A stretch of DNA of 64,000 nt, from positions 32,001 to 96,000 of the forward strand of contig CAWHEP010000009.1 in the NCBI GenBank assembly GCA_963828525.1, written 5' to 3'. Under the pieces are notes generated by a model that was not told the origin of the DNA, ran no database searches, and saw only the letters and a list, made by a program, of their open reading frames with translations. Every line of letters begins with the position of its first letter. The stretch's first letter is position 1. Source of the stretch: an uncultured Verrucomicrobiae bacterium (GTDB lineage: Bacteria > Verrucomicrobiota > Verrucomicrobiia > Chthoniobacterales > Chthoniobacteraceae). A program made the position numbers and the translations under genes. Below, piece after piece: positions 10,215-19,285 of the stretch.

Positions 10215-11822
10215 CTATTCGCATTCGCACATTATGCGGAAGCCAACATCGTTCGACGAGAAGTTGGGAAGATTCGAGTTCCGCGTCGTAGCGCGCAAGC
10301 TTAAAGCTCGGGACTTCCAGCTGCCGCCGCGGTAAACCCGCTTAGCGCCATTAGGCTGGCTGCGGGGATTGGTTCTCTCCTTGCCTTTATAAGGCTCAAA
10401 AAAGTCCAGGCACCACTCCCAGACGTTCCCGGCCATGTCTTCCATGCCAAACGGACTCGCGCCGCGCGGGTAGTTTCCAACAGGAGAGGTTTCCGCGTAA
10501 CCATCATCTATGTCGGCCTGCCTCCAGGCGAACGTGGTGTTGCAATCCGCGAAGTTGGCCAGATCTCCCCGTTCAAGCTCTTCACCCCAAGGGTAGCTCC
10601 GCCCTTCCATTCCTCGGGCGGCGTACTCCCATTCCGCCTCGGTCGGCAGCCGGTATTTTCGCTTTTCTGTGTGGCTCAGCCATTTGCAGAACTCCATCGA
10701 TTCCAGGCTGCTGACATGCACTACCGGGTAGTTGTCGCCGGCCCCTGACGCTCTTTTGGATGCGTGCCGCGGATCAAATTTTTCATACTCGGCATTGGTG
10801 ATAGGAAAGCGCGACATGTAGAAGCAGCTCAGCGTCGTCTTTGAGACCGGCTGTTCATTCGGAGCGGCATCGAAGGCGGCGCTTCCCATAAAGAACGAGC
10901 CGCTTGAAACAAGCAGCATCTCTGTTCCGATGCTTGAGCGAAAGTTTGGGTATTTATTCTTTTCATTTGCCCGCGCGAGCGGCGAAACAACAGGCAGCTT
11001 TTCAATCACAGGGACTTTCGGCGGGGCTGCGGCTGCTGGCTTCTCCGGGCGCTTTAAAACCGCCGGCGCTGCTGGGGCAACCTTGGCGACACTGACGGTG
11101 TTCCCCTGTTCCAGATATTCATCGATGAGGTCTTCCGCCTGCCCTCCGGTCAGCCCGAGGCTTTCTCCCATGTTACACAGCGCGTCGCGCTGATCGTCCG
11201 TCATATCATCGTCGCCAAGATTTGTCAGTCTCAGCATCCTCCGGAATTCATCGAATGGATCCCCGCCCCCTCGAAAACCTTCGCGCCCCTGCTCCGCGGC
11301 GCCTGGCGGGGGCGACTCGGGTTTGACATACCTCTTGGAGCCCGTCTTCTCCAGTTGCTCCTCGACAATGATCTTCATCTCATCGAGTTGCAGCCCCAAG
11401 TCCTGACCTATGCGATGCAGGTTTTTTTCATCTTCCTCTGCAAGCGTGCCCGTATTCACCGTAAAGGAGAAATATTTCAGAAACTCCGTGACCGCCTTTT
11501 CCTTAATCTCAGCCCGCAGACTGGCGTCGAGACGAGCCCGAATCTCGGGATCGAGGAGGTCGGTGCGCGCCTGCGCAAGGCAACGAGGCGCTTCATCCAT
11601 GCCCGCCCGCAACATCTGCGCAATCGGGTTGCTGGGCTGATTTTTGAGAGGGAGTTTTTTTTGCCACCAGATCAGCAGTTGGCGGCAATTTTCCTCTATC
11701 TGGAAACTCGTCGGGTTGCTTGAGAGATCAAGGCAGAGCCGCTCGTAAAGGTTGGCCGAATTATAGCATCTCCACCCATCCCATCTTGTTGGGCTGTCAG
11801 GCAGCGGCGAAGGCAGTGCCAT
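10215..11822 (-). CDS. J-domain-like + two TerB-like helical repeats + FGE-sulfatase domain protein
   Basis: C-terminal YRLPTEAEWEYAARG, DMAGNVWEW, RGGSW, GFR are clear FGE-sulfatase motifs; N-terminal NLYERLCL...AQARTDLLDPEIRARLD resembles J-domain helices but lacks HPD. Confidence 0.8.
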   Translation of the reverse strand: MALPSPLPDSPTRWDGWRCYNSANLYERLCLDLSSNPTSFQIEENCRQLLIWWQKKLPLKNQPSNPIAQMLRAGMDEAPRCLAQARTDLLDPEIRARLDASLRAEIKEKAVTEFLKYFSFTVNTGTLAEEDEKNLHRIGQDLGLQLDEMKIIVEEQLEKTGSKRYVKPESPPPGAAEQGREGFRGGGDPFDEFRRMLRLTNLGDDDMTDDQRDALCNMGESLGLTGGQAEDLIDEYLEQGNTVSVAKVAPAAPAVLKRPEKPAAAAPPKVPVIEKLPVVSPLARANEKNKYPNFRSSIGTEMLLVSSGSFFMGSAAFDAAPNEQPVSKTTLSCFYMSRFPITNAEYEKFDPRHASKRASGAGDNYPVVHVSSLESMEFCKWLSHTEKRKYRLPTEAEWEYAARGMEGRSYPWGEELERGDLANFADCNTTFAWRQADIDDGYAETSPVGNYPRGASPFGMEDMAGNVWEWCLDFFEPYKGKERTNPRSQPNGAKRVYRGGSWKSRALSLRATTRNSNLPNFSSNDVGFRIMCECE

Positions 11823-11829
11823 GGCAGGC

Positions 11830-13410
11830 TTACATCACCTTTATCTGAGAGAGATCAGCGGTGGCCATCGCGATCTCGTTTGGCGATAGGCCAGTCGTGC
11901 GCGCGATGAACACCTTATTCTGCTTGCCATACGCGTCCACGGTGACCTCAAGCACCTGGTTTGCGTCATACCGATAGGTCAATTCAACAGGAGAGCCTTT
12001 CGGCAAGAAGGGTGGGAGTTCGATCTCACAAATTCCAAGAGGGGTGCATTCCCCGGGAACGGTGCTTTCACCCTCGACCACACGCACTATGGCGTTCTTC
12101 ATGTTTGCCTTCGCAGTGCCAAATGAGTTTTTAGTCTCGACCGGGATAGGGGTCATTTTCTTGATCATCGGGAAGACATACTCCTCAACCTTCGAATCGT
12201 CCCAAAGGACAACGCCCAGCGTATGGGTTGTTATGTTTGTAACGCGTATCAAGGCGCCATCCGATGTTGAAAACTGCTCGCGCGTTTCGATTGGCAGCAC
12301 ACGTTCACCGAGCCTGTCTTCCTCAGAAAGTAACGCGAGAATTGCCTGAATCGCCGCGCCGATAGCAACAGCCTCGTCGGGGCTGACATCTTCCGCGGTT
12401 GGCACATTGGAAATGGAGCTGATCATCTCCCGGACGGCTGGCATCCGAGTCATGCCTCCCGTCAGCAGGATGCGGTCGACCTGAGGCCATTTCATCTGAG
12501 CTTCCTGCATTACGATTTCGCAGATGGCTTTGCACTTCTCCAGAAGATGACGGCTTCGGCTCTCAAACTCTTCGCGCGCGCAGTCGATCTTCACGCTCTT
12601 GCCGCTGTAGCTATGCACGATGGTGGAACGACTTCTGCCGGAGAGTTGGATTTTGCCGGTGACCGCTCTGCTGTAGAGATCCTGATAACTCTGCAAATCC
12701 AGCAAAGGATTTTGCCCATGAGTCTTGTCAAACTCCTCCGCTACCCAGTTTACGAGGACGTCATCCCAGTCCTTGCCCCCCAGCCTGTGATCACCATTGC
12801 TGGCAAGCATGCGAATGTGATGCCCCTCAATCCGCATAATGGTGACGTCGAATGTGCCCCCACCCAAATCGAATACAAAAACCGTCTGATCCGAATCCAG
12901 TTTATCCAGCCCGTACGCGAGCGCGGCGGACGTGGGCTCATTGATAATCTGGAGCACGTTCAGGCCCGCGAGCTGCCCGGCATGCAAGGTGGCGGTGCGT
13001 TCCGAATCGTTAAAGTAAGCCGGAACGGTGATGACCGCATCCGTAATGGTCTGCCCCAGATATCTCTCCGCGTCGTTCTTCAGTTTCTTTACAATGATCG
13101 CGGAGAGTTCTTCAGCGGAATAACTCTTGCCGTTGAAGTCGCGGTGAAATTCCGCTTTGCTCTTGCCCATCTCCCTCTTCACAAAATCCACGATTTTCTC
13201 GGGCTCGGCTACCGCGTTCTGCTTCGCGAGGGTGCCTACGATGGCGCTATTTCCATCAAAGAGAATGACAGACGGAGTTATGCGCTCGCTCTCAGAATTC
13301 GGGATAATCTGGGGCTTGCCGTAGGCGTCAATATGCGCCATCGCGCAAAAAGTGGTGCCGAGATCAATGCCAATCGCCTTGCGGGAGGTGGACGTCTGTG
13401 GAGAACTCAT
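11830..13410 (-). CDS. Hsp70-family protein (DnaK paralog, 526 aa, lacks the C-terminal lid)
   Basis: GIDLGTT, TVPAYFND, IINEPTSAALAYG, DLGGGTFD, LTGGMTRMP and PDEAVAIGAA motifs. Confidence 0.93.
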   Translation of the reverse strand: MSSPQTSTSRKAIGIDLGTTFCAMAHIDAYGKPQIIPNSESERITPSVILFDGNSAIVGTLAKQNAVAEPEKIVDFVKREMGKSKAEFHRDFNGKSYSAEELSAIIVKKLKNDAERYLGQTITDAVITVPAYFNDSERTATLHAGQLAGLNVLQIINEPTSAALAYGLDKLDSDQTVFVFDLGGGTFDVTIMRIEGHHIRMLASNGDHRLGGKDWDDVLVNWVAEEFDKTHGQNPLLDLQSYQDLYSRAVTGKIQLSGRSRSTIVHSYSGKSVKIDCAREEFESRSRHLLEKCKAICEIVMQEAQMKWPQVDRILLTGGMTRMPAVREMISSISNVPTAEDVSPDEAVAIGAAIQAILALLSEEDRLGERVLPIETREQFSTSDGALIRVTNITTHTLGVVLWDDSKVEEYVFPMIKKMTPIPVETKNSFGTAKANMKNAIVRVVEGESTVPGECTPLGICEIELPPFLPKGSPVELTYRYDANQVLEVTVDAYGKQNKVFIARTTGLSPNEIAMATADLSQIKVM

Positions 13411-13461
13411 TCGGAGGGGTAAAGATTACACGAGCAGCTTGGATACCAAAGCGCTAAATCG

Positions 13462-14237
13462 TCATTTTTGAGAGGACGCCGGGATCTCGACAAGAAACCC
13501 TTCCTTCCACTTTTTAACGACGACTTCCTCGGGTCTCACAACCCGATCCCGCCAGGCAAACCCCGGCTTCACGCTTCGCACGATTTCACCATCTTCTTCC
13601 GGCGGATCGGCAAGCTCCACCGCGATGGCGCGTTGCTGCTTCTTATCCAGCTTGCCCGCGCAGCGATCCAGCCGCGTGACTTCCATGCGGCACATGATCT
13701 CAAGGAGATAGTCGATGGCGTGATCCACGTTCTCCGCGAGGTGCCGAAGGAATTCTGGAGAGCGCGTGTTTGCGGCGGTCGAGTCGGCGCGGGTCGCTTC
13801 TTCCTGCGCGAAGGTCGAGCGCCTGCCGGTGAATCTCTGTCATATCATCGAACAAACCCACAAGGTCACGCACGAGCGGTTTCTGCAACACCTCCAGCAA
13901 AAAACCATCCCTATAGCCTTTCAGCTCGTGGTGGAGGGCGTCGAAAAGCTGCTGGTTTATCGAAGCGCGCCGTTCCAGCGCATCCTCACGTCGCTCATGA
14001 GAGTCGGAAGTTCACTCTGAGTAGCTGCCACTTCCTCAAGCCTGTTCAAGCCTTGTTTATTTTCAGCCGTCGCCCGCGTGAGAGCCTCCAGACCCTGCAC
14101 AAGAGGCCGAAGCATCTGCATCAAGGAAATCCCGCTTTCTGGCCTGCGCGGTCCTCCGCCTGGCTCTGCGCTTCGATCGTCAGCGTCTTCATCTGCCGGT
14201 CAAAATCGGTGTCGGCGATGGCATCGGGAAGTGGCAT
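13462..14237 (-). CDS. grpE: GrpE-like nucleotide exchange factor, split by about three frameshifts
   Basis: Manual stitching from ATG at 14237: MPLPDAIADTDFDRQMK.../LMQMLRPLVQGLEALTRA.../QQLFDALHHELKGYRDGFLLEVLQKPLVRDLVGLFDDM.../FLRHLAENVDHAIDYLLEIM...EIVRSVKPGFAWRDRVVRPEEVVV (GrpE C-terminal signature). Confidence 0.75.
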
Positions 14238-14339
14238 ACGAACCCATAGCTCAGCGGGAATCCGCGCCAAAGTTAAAGAATTCGGCTCCGTTGATGGAGA
14301 GGACTAGTCTGTCGCGCGCGTTTAACCGCGGCGTGGCGC

Positions 14340-15859
14340 TCATTTGTAGAAGCGCTCAATCGCATGCAAAAGGCCGGGAATATCATGTTGCCGAGCCTCG
14401 ACATCCACGCCAGTCCCAGTTCGCGCATCGTGGAGGAAGTCACAGGGCCGATGCTCGCAGTCTTTATGCCTGCTGGGAGCGGCAGTTTTAGTGCGACGAA
14501 ATTCTCCACCGTGGACGAACTTGTGAAGGTCACGAGATCGGCGCCCTCTTCTTTGAAACGCAGAATGCCCCCGGCGGTGTCTTCCGTCTCCGGCAACCGT
14601 CCTGTACGCTATCGCCTCATCCACGATCGCGCCCATCGCCGTCAGCTCCCGCGACAGGACATCCCGCGTCACCTCCGCTTTTGCGAGCAGGATGCGTTGA
14701 TTCTCGATGCTGCTGTCTTTTTTGAATTCGCGCACAACAGCTTCCGCTACGAATTCCTCCGGCTGTAGATCCACTTTTAAATGGAAATCCTTCACGCGTC
14801 TTGCTGTGGCCGGGCCTATCGCCGCGATGCTTACGCCACCGATTTCCCGCGCGTCATCGTAGAGCTTGTAGAACATTTCAAAAAACGCGTCGACACCGTT
14901 CGGACTGGTGAAAACAATCCAATCATACGCATGGCAGTCCTGCACCAGCCGACCGAATTCCATGAGATCCCGGGGGGCTCGATTCTGATCGTCGGCAGTT
15001 CATAAACATCCGCGCCCAATTCGCTCAATCCAGCGCTCAGAGCGCCCGGCCTGCTTTCGGGTGCGAGTCACCATATCCGCCTCCCAAACAGCGGGCGCGT
15101 TTCAAACCAGTTCAGTTTGTCGCGCAGCGTCACGACGTCGCCGAACATCAGCCACGGCCGGAGCGCGCAAACCGCGCGTTTGCCGCGATGCTTCCGATCT
15201 CCTTTAGCTGTCCCTGGATGGTCTTTTGCCGTCCCAGCGTCCCCCAGCGACCATGGCGACCGGCATGTCTCGGGTCGGCGCCATGTTCCATCAGACTTTG
15301 CGGCAATTTGCTCAATCCGTTCGGTTCCCATGAGCATCACCTTTGCGCCCGGCGATTTAGCCAGGCTCTCGTAATTGATTGCTCCCTCGCTTTTGACAGG
15401 ATCTTCATGCCCTGTAAAGATAGTGACCTGCGAAGCATGCCCGCGGTGCGTGATAGGTATTCCCGCATAGGCAGGGGCCGCCAGCGCGGAACTGACACCG
15501 GGGATGATCTCGAATCCAAGACCTTCGGCAGCCAAAGCTTCCGCTTCTTCGCCCCCGCGCCCAAATAACAGCGGATCGCCTCCCTTCAGTCTACCACTAT
15601 ATTCCCTGCCATCGTTTTTTCCACAAGAAGCGTGTTGATCTCCTGCTGCGACATCGTGTGATTGCCCGCCTTTTTCCCGGCATAGATGCGCTCGGCGGAG
15701 GCGGCGCCCACGCGAGGATTTCCGGGTTGCAAAGGTAGTCATAAACAATAACATCGGCCCTCTCCACGCATTCCCGCGTTTTTAAGCGTGACCAGCCCGA
15801 TGTCTCCTGGCCCCGCGCCGGCAAGATAGCAGATTCCCTTTCTTAGTTTTTGGTTCCAT
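14340..15859 (-). CDS. cobA: fused uroporphyrinogen-III C-methyltransferase / uroporphyrinogen-III synthase (CobA-HemD), many frameshifts
   Basis: Pieces GAGPGDIG, ADVIVYDYLCN, RLKGGDPLLFGRGGEE, IPGVSSALAAPAYAGIPITHR, WIVFTSPNGV, AAIGPATA, TFTSSSTV in several frames; start ATG at 15859. Confidence 0.85.
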
Positions 15860-16777
15860 GGAGCTTCTTGAACAGGTCGTTGGCGAGTCCTTCCGGGTCG
15901 TCCAAGCGCCACAACGCGACCCCGATCAACGGAGGAGCGTTACTCCCAGAGGATCGAAGATGATCGCCTCCATTCGCAGATTGTCTCCCTGACGGGTCAC
16001 CCGCGCTCCGACCGGCAAAGTACAATCGCCGTTGAGCAAGCGCAAAAATTCACGCTCGGCCCGGATGCAAAGGAATGTCTCGGCGTCGTTTATTGGGTTC
16101 AGAAGCGCGCGTGTTTCGACCGCCGCGGTGCGCGTCTGGAGAGCGATTGCGCCCTGTCCAATGGCTGGCAGCATTTCATCCGAATCTCGATAGTGAAAAA
16201 CTCCACTCCCGGATTCAATCGTTCCTTGCGCTGAGGAGTAGCCGAGGCGATCCAGCCCTGCCTTGGCCAGAACCAGGGCCGACAGGTCACGCGGAGTCAC
16301 GGAGTTTACGAAGCCGGGTGGGAACATTTCCCCGCGCCTCGATCACGCGCAGGTCAGGCCGAATGCGGAGAAGCTGCATCTTCCTTCGCAACTGCCCGTG
16401 CCGATGATGGCGCCCTGCCGGAGGCCATCCAGACCGCCCGGTTTTTTTGTGAAATCAGCACATCCCGCACACTGGCGCGAGGGAGAACCGCCGAGATGCA
16501 AACCAGACGGAGGCAGGCAGCCGGGAGATCTTTCAGGCTGTGAACAGCGACATCGATTCTCTCGGAAAGAAGCGCCTCCTCCAGTTCCTTTGTGAACAAT
16601 CCTTTGATCCCAGCCGCACCTGCTTCAACCGCGCGGCCTTCGCTCGACTTATCTCCCGAAGTCGTGAATACCTCGCGAGGTGATCTCAATGCCCGCGTGG
16701 TGGGCGCGAAGAGCCGTCTCGACTAGACCTGTTTGCGCCAGCGCCAGCGCGCTGCCTCGTGTCCCAAGACGCAGCAT
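15843..16777 (-). CDS. hemC: hydroxymethylbilane synthase (porphobilinogen deaminase), several frameshifts
   Basis: [67 protein letters not shown] spread over several frames. Confidence 0.88.
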
Positions 16778-16782
16778 CTCTT

Positions 16783-17859
16783 TCAAGCGCCCGGAACCCG
16801 GCACGTCCCAACACGCGCCGCTTCCACGCCGCCCATGGAGCCGCCGCCTCCGGTTAACCAACAGGAAAATTCGGTGACATGCCGCTCGATCATTTGTTCG
16901 CACACCGAAAGCTCCTGCCGCCTAATCTCGATCGATTGCCGGGCGATTGCCTGCAACGAGTCGATGTCGTAAAGAAATACACCTTCCAAATCGTTAATGG
17001 CTGGCTCGATGTCCCGGGGAACGGCGAGGTCGATGGCAAACAGGGGGCGGCCCTTCCTGATCGACATCACAGGTTCCAGCTTCTCTCGGGTAAGAATGGG
17101 GTGAGGCGCTGAGGTTGAGCTGATGACGATGTCCAGATCCCGGAACTCGCTCTCCCACTGTTCAAAGTGGATCGCCCTTCCGCCGAGTTCAGTCGCCAGC
17201 TGCGCGGCCCTGTCGTAGGAGCGATTGGAAACAAGGATACTCCGCGCGCCGCGCGAGAATAGCGACCTCGCTGTCTGCTCGCTCGCTTCTCCCGCTCCCA
17301 GGATCATCACTTTCCGAGTCTCAAGATTCCCAAAAATTTTCTCCGCGAGGTCGACAGCCACCGATCCAACAGAGACTGGCCCGCGCGTAATCGCTGTCTT
17401 TGAGCGAACCTCTTTCGCCACACGGAAGGCGCGCTGAAAAAGCTTGTTCAAGTGGCGCGCGGTTGTCCCGCCTGCCGCCGCCGCGCCATACGCTTTTTTG
17501 ACCTGCCCGAATATCTCCGTCTCTCCGAGAACCATCGACTCAAGCCCGCATACAACCCGGAAAAGGTGCCGGATGCTGCCAGGTGAATCGTACTGATAGA
17601 AGTGATTGCGATCAGTCAGCGCGAATCCAAATTGTTCCGCCAGGAAGCGGATGACCCCGGCAATTCCTTCTTCCGCTCTTTCGCTCGCAACATAGAACTC
17701 CACCCGGTTGCAGGTGGAAAGAATCACCGCTTCGTTAATCGCGCACTCGCTGCCAAGCCTCGCCGTCGCTCTCGCAAGATCAGCATCCGCGACGGCGAAG
17801 TGCTCGCGCAACTCCACTTGAGCCGTGGCGTGGCTGAGTCCGAGACAAATGACGTCCAT
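16783..17859 (-). CDS. hemA: glutamyl-tRNA reductase
   Basis: STCNRVE catalytic motif, GLESMVLGETEIFGQVK, GAGE, DLAVPRDI. Confidence 0.96.
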   Translation of the reverse strand: MDVICLGLSHATAQVELREHFAVADADLARATARLGSECAINEAVILSTCNRVEFYVASERAEEGIAGVIRFLAEQFGFALTDRNHFYQYDSPGSIRHLFRVVCGLESMVLGETEIFGQVKKAYGAAAAGGTTARHLNKLFQRAFRVAKEVRSKTAITRGPVSVGSVAVDLAEKIFGNLETRKVMILGAGEASEQTARSLFSRGARSILVSNRSYDRAAQLATELGGRAIHFEQWESEFRDLDIVISSTSAPHPILTREKLEPVMSIRKGRPLFAIDLAVPRDIEPAINDLEGVFLYDIDSLQAIARQSIEIRRQELSVCEQMIERHVTEFSCWLTGGGGSMGGVEAARVGTCRVPGA

Positions 17860-17871
17860 GGGAAAACTCAG

Positions 17872-18660
17872 CTAGAGATGACCCTGCCCCGCCATGAAGT
17901 TGATTCCCCATAACATGGACATCGTGAGGGAAAACGCGACGACCGAAAGGAGAGCTACCAGGCGCGGCCCCATCCGTTGACGCTTCTCCGCCTGAAGAAT
18001 GATGCCGTAGAGCAGCCAGACGCAGAGCGAGAGTCCTTTCACCCAATCCAGCGGTCTGCCCACCGCGAAACCAGCAAGCAGTCCAACGGTGAACAAGCCA
18101 AACCCCGCGAGAAGCAGGCGGCTGTTTACGACAGCCAGATCCGTGATCGGTGGCAGATGAAAAAAGATCGAGCGGAGCCGATGAGTTTTAAGCTGCCTCT
18201 CCTGCGCCAGGTACATCACCCCCGCGACGCCAGCGAGCGCAAAAGCGCCGCAAGCCACAACAGAGAGCGCCGCGTGCAACTCAAGCCAAGGGTTGGGCTG
18301 CGGCAGCCGGATCGGCTGCGCGTCCAGGGGGGCAATCAGCGCAACGCCTTGTAAAAGGAAGACCAGCGGTGATGTAAAAACTCCCAACAGCGAGAGTCTG
18401 TAGGCGGGACCAATCAGTAGATATAACAACACGACCGACCAGCTCAGGAAGATGAGCACCTCAAACATATTCGTAAGCGGACATCGGCCAAGCGAGTGCC
18501 CGCGCCGGTATAGAAAAGCCGTCTGAAACAGGAAGCCTGCCGCAATCGCCGAGAAGTTCAGCCTCGACGGAGCGTACGTCCGAGCGCCAAGCGCGTAAAT
18601 GGTATAACTGAAGCCGAGAAGAAAACAGAACGTACTGGCGGCCAGGAGGAGATGATCCAT
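17872..18660 (-). CDS. ccsA: cytochrome c assembly-family inner membrane protein (CcsA/HemX-like)
   Basis: About 8 hydrophobic segments, PLTNMFEVL, WLELH, MYLAQERQLK; directly upstream of hemA. Confidence 0.8.
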   Translation of the reverse strand: MDHLLLAASTFCFLLGFSYTIYALGARTYAPSRLNFSAIAAGFLFQTAFLYRRGHSLGRCPLTNMFEVLIFLSWSVVLLYLLIGPAYRLSLLGVFTSPLVFLLQGVALIAPLDAQPIRLPQPNPWLELHAALSVVACGAFALAGVAGVMYLAQERQLKTHRLRSIFFHLPPITDLAVVNSRLLLAGFGLFTVGLLAGFAVGRPLDWVKGLSLCVWLLYGIILQAEKRQRMGPRLVALLSVVAFSLTMSMLWGINFMAGQGHL

Positions 18661-18672
18661 GGGAGAACCGGC

Positions 18673-18700
18673 ATGGTAGAACGGGTGCCCTATTTTGCAA
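18673..18700 (-). promoter_or_regulatory. candidate sigma70-like promoter of the ccsA-hem operon
   Basis: Minus strand TTGCAA-N16-TACCAT, 12 nt before the ATG. Confidence 0.35.
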
Positions 18701-18769
18701 CCCGGTCCAGAGGCGAGAAGGAGACTGCGGAAGGTGGAAGCGAAGCGCCGCCAAAATATCCAACGGCCC

Positions 18770-19276
18770 TTATTGCGGTGGCCGCAGCATCAGAATAGCC
18801 GCAACTGCCGCCGCGAACGCAACAATAGACACCGCCGCAAAAGACAAAATGCCCACCTTTACCGGGTTCTTCTTTTTCTTGGCGGTCTTGAATGGAGACG
18901 CGTTTGCAAACCCTTGGGGACGGGCGCTGGATGTCGCGACCGCGACCGGCGCCGCGCCCTGCTCCGGCAATTGGCGCGTGGGAGCGGGAGCGTCGGTGAG
19001 ATAGATACCCTCAACCTGGCCAAAGCGTACAATGTCCGAGTTTTTCAGGAGAGTTTCTGTAACGCTTTCGTCGTTTACACGCGTGCCATTGGTAGAACCC
19101 AGATCCTTCAGCCGATAGTGCTTCCCATCCAGAGAAAGTTCGGCGTGGTGACTGGAAACCGACGCGTCCTCGATCTGGATGGCGTTGTCCGAAAGACGAC
19201 CCACGGTGATGACATCGTCCAACAACTCATGGGACATCTGCGCGCCGTCCGGGAGTGTCAGTTCTAGCTTCGGCAT
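18770..19276 (-). CDS. FHA domain protein with C-terminal membrane anchor
   Basis: ITVGR, DASVSSHHA, DLGSTNGTRVN, GQV motifs; KKKK followed by a hydrophobic tail. Confidence 0.9.
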   Translation of the reverse strand: MPKLELTLPDGAQMSHELLDDVITVGRLSDNAIQIEDASVSSHHAELSLDGKHYRLKDLGSTNGTRVNDESVTETLLKNSDIVRFGQVEGIYLTDAPAPTRQLPEQGAAPVAVATSSARPQGFANASPFKTAKKKKNPVKVGILSFAAVSIVAFAAAVAAILMLRPPQ

Positions 19277-19285
19277 GGGGCAAGC

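Noticed and set aside
9900..10600. Two adjacent FGE-domain 3' ends as a diversity-generating retroelement
   Set aside because: No reverse transcriptase in the window and no near-identical template/variable repeat pair; similarity is limited to protein motifs.
12547..13422. 291-aa ORF antisense to Hsp70
   Set aside because: Long antisense frames opposite hsp70 genes are a known codon-pattern effect; no independent evidence.
13468..14307. 279-aa plus-strand ORF
   Set aside because: Antisense shadow of the GrpE-like gene, with no recognisable motifs.
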